Origin: a bacterium
Lineage (GTDB): Bacteria; Sumerlaeota; Sumerlaeia; MVZB01
Reading direction: 5' to 3'
NCBI GenBank assembly: GCA_023480605.1
Contig: JAMCWS010000160.1
Span: 1 to 35,602 of the forward strand
Length of the DNA stretch: 35,602 bases
Shown here: positions 26,888 to 35,602 of the stretch, one piece after another
Layout of the letters: each line of letters starts with the position of its first letter
Numbering within the stretch: the first letter of the stretch is position 1
Notes under the pieces: model-generated
What the model was told of the DNA's origin: nothing
Databases searched by the model: none
The model's input: the letters and a program-made list of their open reading frames with translations, nothing else
Position numbers and translations under genes: made by a program

Positions 26888-27136
26888 GGATCGGTTGGCC
26901 GCGCCCGTACCCGTGGCACTGTGCCTTGGCGTCAGGGCGATCCCCACGATTCCGCAGGGTGATCGTCATTGGCCCCGGCGGGGACATTTCAGGGACGTTT
27001 TAGCGAAATCCGCGTGAGCCGGAATATGCCGGTTGAAACAAAAACATTACTCGCGACCGGGCGTGGCGAATCGTGTAAAGCCAATAAAAACAGGCGCCAA
27101 TTGAAATATCACCCGTAAAGTCAGAAAATTTTCGAG

Positions 27137-27212
27137 TGGAGCGCCTGACGGGAATCGAACCCGTAATCATCGACTTGGAAGGCCGATGCACTAGCCGTTG
27201 TGCTACAGGCGC
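27137..27212 (-). tRNA. tRNA-Gly (TCC)
   Basis: 76-nt cloverleaf: GCGCCTG/CAGGCGC acceptor, GCAC/GTGC D stem, TCGGC-CTTCCAA-GTCGA anticodon arm, ACGGG-TTCGATT-CCCGT T arm, U73 and encoded CCA. Confidence 0.97.
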
Positions 27213-27231
27213 CCGAGGCAGGCGTCTTCTC

Positions 27232-27259
27232 ATGATAATGGGCCGGGGCGGCGAGTCAA
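27232..27259 (-). promoter_or_regulatory. Putative promoter of tRNA-Gly
   Basis: TTGACT (27259-27254), 16 nt, TATCAT (27237-27232). Confidence 0.6.
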
Positions 27260-27324
27260 GGCGGTTTTTCGGCTGACGGTCCCGGACGCGCCGGCCCGTT
27301 CAGGCCGGTCGGGCGTCGCCTGGA

Positions 27325-28233
27325 TCAGACCGGCCCGGCGCCGGTCGGGGGGGCCGGACGGACGTGACGCATCTCCTGGCCGATGTCCTTGAGGTAGGCC
27401 GAATATTCGCAGTCGGGCATCGCGGCCACAAGCGCGTCGAACTGATCCAGGCCGATAAAACCCATGCGCGCGGCCACCTCTTCGGGGCAGCCGACCTTGG
27501 AGCCCTGGCGTTTTTCGAGGATCGCCACGAAGTTGCTCGCCTCCTGCAAAGCCGACGTGGTGCCCGTGTCGAGCCAGGCGGTGCCGCGCCCCAGGGGCGC
27601 CACGCGCAACTGGTTGTGCGACAAATAAACTTTTTGTACGTCGGTGATTTCCAGTTCGCCACGGGCCGAGGGACGCAGGCCGCGACAGATTTCCGTCACT
27701 TGGCCGTCGAAGAGATAGATGCCCGGAATGGCGTAGGAGGAGCGCGGCTGACGCGGCTTTTCCTCGATCGAAAGCACCCGCCCATCGCGGTCGAACTCGA
27801 CGACGCCGTAGCGTTCGGGGTCGCGCACGCGATAAGCGAAGATGAGCCCGCCGCTGCTGAAACCGCGGCAATAATTGGAGATCTCGCTGCGGCCGTAGAA
27901 AAGGTTGTCGCCCAGAATAAGGCAGACCGGGTCGCCGGCGATGAAATCCTCGGCGATGAGGAAGGCTTGGGCGATGCCGCGCGGCTCGGGCTGCGCGCGG
28001 TAGGTCAGCTCGATGCCCCACTGGCGGCCGTCGCCCATCAGGTCTTCGAAGCGCGGCAGGTCGTGGGGCGTCGAAATGACGCACAAGCGCCGGATGCCGG
28101 CCAGCATAAGGGTCGACAGCGGATAATAGACCATCGGCTTGTCGTAAATCGCCTGGAGTTGCTTGCTCGCCACCCGCGATAGGGGGTAAAGGCGCGTGCC
28201 CGACCCGCCTGCCAGAATGATGCCTTTGTCCAT
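27325..28233 (-). CDS. rfbA: Glucose-1-phosphate thymidylyltransferase
   Basis: KGIILAGGSGTRLYP, SKQL..YDKPMVYYPLSTLMLAGI, LILGDN, PSARGELEITD, LGRGTAWLDTGT. Confidence 0.97.
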   Translation of the reverse strand: MDKGIILAGGSGTRLYPLSRVASKQLQAIYDKPMVYYPLSTLMLAGIRRLCVISTPHDLPRFEDLMGDGRQWGIELTYRAQPEPRGIAQAFLIAEDFIAGDPVCLILGDNLFYGRSEISNYCRGFSSGGLIFAYRVRDPERYGVVEFDRDGRVLSIEEKPRQPRSSYAIPGIYLFDGQVTEICRGLRPSARGELEITDVQKVYLSHNQLRVAPLGRGTAWLDTGTTSALQEASNFVAILEKRQGSKVGCPEEVAARMGFIGLDQFDALVAAMPDCEYSAYLKDIGQEMRHVRPAPPTGAGPV

Positions 28234-28355
28234 CGTTTCGCTTACCTCTAATCTGCCTGAAAGAACGAATTAGCCACGAAATCGCGCGAAAAACACGAAA
28301 GTCGCAAGGAAATACGAAAAGCGGTCGGCATTTATTTACCGGGCGCGCCGCGGCG

Positions 28356-28919
28356 TCAGGCCACTCGCGGCCGGACCGTCGCCAGGTAGTGACTGAACGA
28401 CTGGGCGGTCTGGTCGCGCTCGGAGATTATGGGATGGCGGACGGGCCAGTCGATGCCGATCCGGGGGTCATCCCATTTGATCTGGTCCTCGAGTTCGCCG
28501 TGATAAACGGAGCTGCATTTGTATATGATTTCGGCCCCGTCGCTCAGGACGACGTAGCCGTGCGCGAAGCCCCGCGCCAGGTAAAGCATCCGCTTGTTTT
28601 CGGCGCTCAATTCGATGGCGAACCACTGACCCAGAGTCGGCGATTCGGGGCGGATATCGACGGCCACGTCCCAGACGCGCCCCTGGGTGCAGCGGACCAG
28701 TTTCACCTGGCCTTCGCCGCGCTGGAAGTGCATGCCGCGCAGCGAATTTTTGACCGAAAAGGTGTGATTATCCTGCCGCCAGTCGGTGTTGAGGCCGGCC
28801 TGGCGGAATTTCGCCTCATTGTAGCTTTCGTAAAGAAAACCGCGGGGATCGGCGAACACCCGGGGATGTATGATCAGAAGCCCCTCGAGCGGCGTTTTTT
28901 CCACTTCCATCTGCGTCAC
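28356..28919 (-). CDS. rfbC: dTDP-4-dehydrorhamnose 3,5-epimerase
   Basis: FADPRGF, QDNH, LRGMHFQ, DVAVDIRPESPT, GFAHGY, WDDPRIGIDWP; start 28919 or 28910. Confidence 0.96.
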   Translation of the reverse strand: MTQMEVEKTPLEGLLIIHPRVFADPRGFLYESYNEAKFRQAGLNTDWRQDNHTFSVKNSLRGMHFQRGEGQVKLVRCTQGRVWDVAVDIRPESPTLGQWFAIELSAENKRMLYLARGFAHGYVVLSDGAEIIYKCSSVYHGELEDQIKWDDPRIGIDWPVRHPIISERDQTAQSFSHYLATVRPRVA

Positions 28920-29186
28920 CTGTCCGGGCGATTAGCGGGGGGGCGGTGCGTCGCGCGCGGTCGCTCCGCGCAATCGGTCCCCTTCTTTTCCGGCGCATCG
29001 AATCCGCCGGAAAAAACAAGCGGATGGAATTTTACTTCCCGACCGCTCTCTCAGAGTCAACTATACTTCCCGCGCCGGGCGGCCTCAAACGAAAACCGGC
29101 CCCTGGCTGAAGGCCGACAAAGGCAATACGCCACATCGCCGCCACCCAGGGCGAGACTCCGGGCGCGGGCGCCGGGGCCGCGCGCG

Positions 29187-30983
<1,797 letters not shown>

Positions 30984-31093
30984 TCGCCAAACTCCTTTGT
31001 CATGTGTGGCTCGGAGTAAAGGTTGTGGCTCATCCGTCCTCGACCTGGCGGGGATCGAGCCGCCGCGAAAGCCCTGGCCGCGCCAAGGCCCCG

Positions 31094-31123
31094 ATGGTAT
31101 CGGATTGCCAGACTACTGGCAAT
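31094..31123 (-). promoter_or_regulatory. Putative pckG promoter with overlapping palindrome
   Basis: TTGCCA (31122-31117), 17 nt, TACCAT (31099-31094); ATTGCCAG-ACTA-CTGGCAAT at 31104-31123. Confidence 0.55.
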
Positions 31124-31198
31124 TTTTTTGTCAACCGCGTTTTTCCGGCCTGCGGGCGTATATCGCCGCCCCCGCCGGCCGCTTGATTCGGCCGGTTT

Positions 31199-34066
31199 TT
31201 AGCGTCCGGTGTAGGCGTTGGGCCGGGTGGCCGCGCCGGCGCTGCGCACCGGCTGGGCCTTCTCGACCTTCTTTTTCTTGGCCGCCAGGGCCATCTGGAG
31301 GCGGTTGCCCTTGTATTTGTTCCACTGGTAGACCAGCGGCGCGGCGATGAAGTCCGACGAGAAGGTGCCCGTGATCGTCCCCAACAGATAGACCTTCGCG
31401 AACGATCGCAATCCCTCGCCGCCGATGAAGTAAAGACAGAGCACGGCGGCGAACACGGTGCCCGAGGTCAGGATCGTCCGCGAGAGCGACTGGTTCATCG
31501 CCAGGTTGCAGATCTCGCCAAAACTCTTGCCGAACATCGTCCGCGTATTCTCGCGAATTCGGTCGAAGATCACGATCGTGTCGTTGACCGAGAAGCCCAT
31601 CAGCACCATTAGCGCGGCCACGACGTCCAGGGTGATCTGCACGTTCCAGAGCGAACCGAGTACGACGACGATGAGCAGGTCGTGTAGCAGGGCGACGACG
31701 GCCGCCACCCCGAAGACGGGTTCGAAACGGAACGCCAGGTAAATCATGATGGCCATCGACCCCAGGCAAACGACCCACAACGCCAGTTTCGAGAAGGCCT
31801 GGCCGCTCTGGGCGCCGAAGCCCGACTGCAATGCGATCGTGAAGGCGTTCGTGCCGGGGAAGGCCTGTCTCAACCCCTGCTCCACGCGCGCCTCGGTGGC
31901 CTCGAGCTGGTCGGCCTGGCCGATCGTCTTCTCCGCGGCCTCGGTCTGGCCGGCGGCCGCTACGGTTTTGACCTTCGTGCCCACCGGCAGCAGTTTGACG
32001 TCGATGATGTAGTAATTGGGGCGGTCGGTGACCGGCTGCACGTTGGGGTCCTGGAGCCCGGCGGCGGTCATGGCGTCGCGGATCGCCACTTCGCTCGTCG
32101 GCTTGGCGAACTGCACCTCGGCGCGCGAACCGCCTTCGAAGTCGACACCCATCTGCAGGCCGCCGCGCGCGATCACGAGGATGAGGCCGACAATCAACAC
32201 GAGGGTCGATCCCGACCAACTGAAATGACGAGCCTTGATGAAATCGAAATTAGAGTGCGGGAAAAAAGACAGACGCCCCAGCGACAGGTGGCCGAACCGG
32301 GCGAACCAGAGGGCGCACAGCGTGTAGGTGACCGTCAGGCCGGTAAACAGGTTGGCCAGCAGGCCGAAGGTCATCGTCAGGGCGAAGCCGAAGACCGAGC
32401 CCTCGGTGAACTGCAGAAGGACCAGCGCCGAGAGCAGCGTGGTCAGGTTCGAGTCGAAGATGACGTTGAAGGCCCGGGCAAAGCCCAGTCCGATGGCCTG
32501 GCCCAATGGCCGGCCGGCCTTGACTTCCTCGCGGATGCGCTCGTAGATGAGCACGTTGGCGTCGACGGCCATGCCGATGGTCAGCAGGATGCCGCCGATG
32601 CCCGACAGAGTCAGGGTGGCCTTGGCCAGGGACATGATGGCCAGGATGATCAAAATGTTGAGGGCCAGGGCCACGACCGAGATGACGCCGGCCGTGCCGT
32701 AGTAAGCGATCATGAAGACGGTAATGACGACCGCGCCGAGGTAGAGGGCCTTGACGCCGTCCTTGATCGACTCGGCGCCGGTCGTCGCGCCGACGGTCCG
32801 TTTGCTCTCGATCTTGAGCGGAGCCTTGAGCGAGCCGGCCTTGAGGACCTGGCTCAGTTCGGTGGCCTCCTCCTGCGAAAAGCCGCCGGTGATGACCGCC
32901 CGGCCGTCGGTGATGGCCGCTTGGAGCACGGGGGCCGAGCGCACGACGCCGTCGAGCAGGATGGCAAGCTGGGTGCCGACGTTGGCGCTGGTCACGTCGG
33001 CGAATTTCCGGGTGCCCGCCGGGTTGAACTCCAGCGACACCTGGATCGGGTTTTGGAAGTCGCTGGGCACGTAACTGACATTGGCGCTGCGCAGGTCCGC
33101 GCCGGTCAGTTCGTCCTTGCTTTCCAGCAGGTAGTCGCTCGTCGTGTAAACGAGCTGGCCCGTGGATTCATCGATGTGGCCGATCTTGCTGGACTTGATC
33201 TCGGTGCCGACGGGGATGGTGACGCCGGGAAGGGGCTTGCCGTCGGCCCCGATGATCTGGTTCATCCGCTTGTCCACCAACCGGAACTCGAGGAAGGCCG
33301 GTTGAATGACGGTGTTGATCAGCTTGTCGGGGTCCTTCTCGCCGGGCACCTGGATGCGGATCTGGTCGGCGCCCTGCAGCGCGATGCGCGGCTGGGTGAC
33401 GCCCAGGGCGTCGACGCGGTCGGCGATGCGCTTTTTGGTGCCCTCCAGGTCCTGGACGAGTTGCTTGTTGATTTCCAGGGCGTTGAGTTCGACGGTGACG
33501 GGCTTGCCGCTGCGCAGGTCGCTTTCGCTGACTTTACCGGAGATGACATCGCGTCCGACGTATTCATTGAGCCGGTTGGCGGCGTTGCGCGCGTCTTCGC
33601 GGTTGGGCAGCTCGATGACGAACGCCGCCTGGCCCGGCACGGCCTTCAGGTTGGCCGTGATTTTGGCGTTGTCCAGGTCGCGCTTGATCGAGGCGATCAG
33701 CTCATTGACCTGCTCGCTCATGGCCTTCTCGCGGTCGAGCATCAGGGTCACGTCGACGCCGCCGATCAGGTCCAGGCCAAGCGGGATGGCGGCGAGGCGC
33801 AGTTGCTCGGTTTTCTTTTCCCAGGCTAGGTAGGCCTGGTTCTTTTCCGACCAGGCGACCCATTGCGGATTCTGCGCTTTCCAGGCGGCGTAGGCTTCGG
33901 TGTTTTGCGCCGCCGGGGCCGGGCCGGTGACCGCCGGCTCGGGGCTGGTCGGCTGAACTTCATGGCGTAAATTCCAGTAATAGCGTGCCGTGGGGATGAC
34001 CAGCACCACCGAAATGACGGTGACGGCGATAATGATCCAGATGCGAAGCCAGGAAATCTGTTTCAT
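31199..34066 (-). CDS. secDF: Fused protein translocase subunit SecDF
   Basis: LGLDLIGG, LAILLDG, IGMAVDANVLIYERIREE, DSNLTT (SecD); GVDFEGG, ALLHD, GFSVNDTIVIFDRIREN, LSRTILTS (SecF). Confidence 0.97.
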   Translation of the reverse strand: MKQISWLRIWIIIAVTVISVVLVIPTARYYWNLRHEVQPTSPEPAVTGPAPAAQNTEAYAAWKAQNPQWVAWSEKNQAYLAWEKKTEQLRLAAIPLGLDLIGGVDVTLMLDREKAMSEQVNELIASIKRDLDNAKITANLKAVPGQAAFVIELPNREDARNAANRLNEYVGRDVISGKVSESDLRSGKPVTVELNALEINKQLVQDLEGTKKRIADRVDALGVTQPRIALQGADQIRIQVPGEKDPDKLINTVIQPAFLEFRLVDKRMNQIIGADGKPLPGVTIPVGTEIKSSKIGHIDESTGQLVYTTSDYLLESKDELTGADLRSANVSYVPSDFQNPIQVSLEFNPAGTRKFADVTSANVGTQLAILLDGVVRSAPVLQAAITDGRAVITGGFSQEEATELSQVLKAGSLKAPLKIESKRTVGATTGAESIKDGVKALYLGAVVITVFMIAYYGTAGVISVVALALNILIILAIMSLAKATLTLSGIGGILLTIGMAVDANVLIYERIREEVKAGRPLGQAIGLGFARAFNVIFDSNLTTLLSALVLLQFTEGSVFGFALTMTFGLLANLFTGLTVTYTLCALWFARFGHLSLGRLSFFPHSNFDFIKARHFSWSGSTLVLIVGLILVIARGGLQMGVDFEGGSRAEVQFAKPTSEVAIRDAMTAAGLQDPNVQPVTDRPNYYIIDVKLLPVGTKVKTVAAAGQTEAAEKTIGQADQLEATEARVEQGLRQAFPGTNAFTIALQSGFGAQSGQAFSKLALWVVCLGSMAIMIYLAFRFEPVFGVAAVVALLHDLLIVVVLGSLWNVQITLDVVAALMVLMGFSVNDTIVIFDRIRENTRTMFGKSFGEICNLAMNQSLSRTILTSGTVFAAVLCLYFIGGEGLRSFAKVYLLGTITGTFSSDFIAAPLVYQWNKYKGNRLQMALAAKKKKVEKAQPVRSAGAATRPNAYTGR

Positions 34067-34125
34067 GACCGGATATATTCCTTTTCTTGCTTGACGGGGC
34101 GTCCGGTCTTCAGCGAACGGACGCC

Positions 34126-34881
34126 TCAGAGAACCTGCGTTTTGTTGATAATCAATTCAAAATCGCAATTCAGAAAGTTGGCTGCCCGGCGCGAAATGCG
34201 CATGCGGGAAAGAAATATCTCGAAATATTCCATCACCTGGCTGATGCGGGTGTCAATCTCCAACGTCAGGGTGATCAGGTGGCGCCCGGGGTCGACGCTC
34301 AGGGCCGACTGTTTGGCGGCGTAGTTAACCCGGTCGTGGATGTCGAAATTGATCATCTTGGGATTGCGCACCCGCGAGCGCAGCACGTCGCTTTTATCGG
34401 CGATGATGAGTGCGGCGCCGGGATTGCTGACCGGATCGCCGTTCTCCTCGTCGTGGTTGCCAATGGCCCCCAGCACCACGGCGACTTCCTCCAGCGGCAT
34501 CCGGCGCTCGCGCAGCAGCCCAAACGCCATCACCGCCGCCGTCTGGGGATGGGACTCGCGGTGGACCATGTTGCCGATGTCGTGGAGCAGACCGGCGACG
34601 GCGGCCAGTTCGGCCTCGCGCCGGGGCATGCCGAGTTGCGCCAGCAGGCGGTAGGCCCGCGTGCTGACCCGCGAGATGTGGCCCAGGCCGTGATCGGTGT
34701 AACCGATCGTCTCCAGGTATTTGTCGGCCATCCGGATCAGCGTGACGATCTCGGGATCGCGACGCAGGACCTGGTAGGTGACGCGGGTCGGGTCCAGGCC
34801 GGCGTCGGCCGTTGCCGCCGCCGCTTCCTCGTCCAGAACGGGCTCGTCAAGGGTTTCGAAATCGTCTCGTGCGGAATCCAT
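34126..34881 (-). CDS. HD-domain metal-dependent phosphohydrolase
   Basis: GYTDHGLGH...LLHDIGN..H...GNHDE...IIADKSD, DIHDRVNYA. Confidence 0.9.
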   Translation of the reverse strand: MDSARDDFETLDEPVLDEEAAAATADAGLDPTRVTYQVLRRDPEIVTLIRMADKYLETIGYTDHGLGHISRVSTRAYRLLAQLGMPRREAELAAVAGLLHDIGNMVHRESHPQTAAVMAFGLLRERRMPLEEVAVVLGAIGNHDEENGDPVSNPGAALIIADKSDVLRSRVRNPKMINFDIHDRVNYAAKQSALSVDPGRHLITLTLEIDTRISQVMEYFEIFLSRMRISRRAANFLNCDFELIINKTQVL

Positions 34882-34912
34882 GGTTTCCGTTGCGGGGTCC
34901 TTCGCGGCCGGC

Positions 34913-35296
34913 TCAGCCTTCGGCCTGGCCGCCCTTGTCTTTCTTCTTGACGATGGCGACGATCGCGGCCTTCGAGAAACGGATGTTCACCTTGGGCGCG
35001 ACGTTCACCGTCACGACCCCCTCGTTCTGGTTGACGCTCTCAACGCTGCCGTGGATGCCGCCCGAGGTGACCACGTCATCACCCTTGGCGATCGTGTTGA
35101 GCATTGCCTGGCGCTTGGCCTGGTCCCGCTTCTGGGGCCGCAGGATCATGAAATAAAACAGGACGGCCAGCGCGCCGAACATCAACAGGAGCGGGCTGAA
35201 GGGAGCCGCCGTCGGCGGGGCGCCCGGCGCGGCCGCCGCGCCCCGGTTGGCGGCTTCCTGGGCCCAGGCCGCCGTGCTGAAGAGATCGAGATTCAT
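34913..35296 (-). CDS. yajC: Preprotein translocase subunit YajC
   Basis: FYFMILRPQKR..KGDDVVTSGGIHG; upstream of secDF. Confidence 0.96.
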   Translation of the reverse strand: MNLDLFSTAAWAQEAANRGAAAAPGAPPTAAPFSPLLLMFGALAVLFYFMILRPQKRDQAKRQAMLNTIAKGDDVVTSGGIHGSVESVNQNEGVVTVNVAPKVNIRFSKAAIVAIVKKKDKGGQAEG

Positions 35297-35602
35297 GATC
35301 GTCCCCTTCCAGGAAACAACAAATCAAGATATTGTAATGGCCGGCGGACCGGTTTGAAAGCGCCAAATGGTTCCCGCGCGCAAACAACAGATCTCTTGAC
35401 CGCCTCAAAGGGCGGGCAAAGCCTGCACTACTATCATTATTCGGGCTGGTATGTCAACGACAACGGCGCCGCGCCAGCGATTCCGCAAATGGCGCAGCGG
35501 CTGGGAAACTGGCGGCGTGGCGAGGGTTGCGGGCGTTGTGTTTTGCGATGCCGGCGGGTGTGACGGGCGGGGGATTCGCAGGGCGGCGGGTATGATTTTT
35601 CG

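Noticed and set aside
27137-27160. attL/attR duplication of the tRNA 3' end
   Set aside because: No second copy spotted by eye and no integrase in the window; a computational search could still find a short one
32225-33829. 534-aa plus-strand ORF
   Set aside because: Antisense shadow of secDF

Overview
GC-rich bacterial chromosomal window with housekeeping flanks and an accessory core. Left flank (minus strand): rpmH-rnpA-yidD-yidC-jag followed by partial hisA. The usual neighbours dnaA and mnmE are absent. Divergent from it is a sugar ABC locus with a solute-binding-protein/permease fusion, then a 1039-aa TPR protein. Right flank (minus strand): yajC, HD phosphohydrolase, secDF, pckG, rmlC, rmlA and tRNA-Gly(TCC). 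The ~16 kb between (about 11.3-27.1 kb, on the 3' side of the tRNA) is a mosaic: glycerol dehydrogenase, a decayed surface beta-helix gene, Tat-signal enolase and FAD oxidoreductase, a UROD/MtaA-fold protein, a divergent GH36-like hydrolase, a beta-helix protein and several gene relics. The best structural finding is an apparent integrase-less integron cassette array (CALIN-like, ~14.1-17.5 kb). Three co-oriented genes (GNAT, nucleotidyltransferase, secreted ADP-ribosylglycohydrolase) are each followed by a 57-60 bp attC-like site, and the array shows signs of being fixed into an operon. Other points of interest are a TCGTGA-hexamer inverted-repeat element, a structured rpmH leader and two operator-like palindromes. 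Family calls rest on motif recognition by eye, with no searches run. I cannot claim a demonstrably novel system. No CRISPR array, integrase or transposase was seen.
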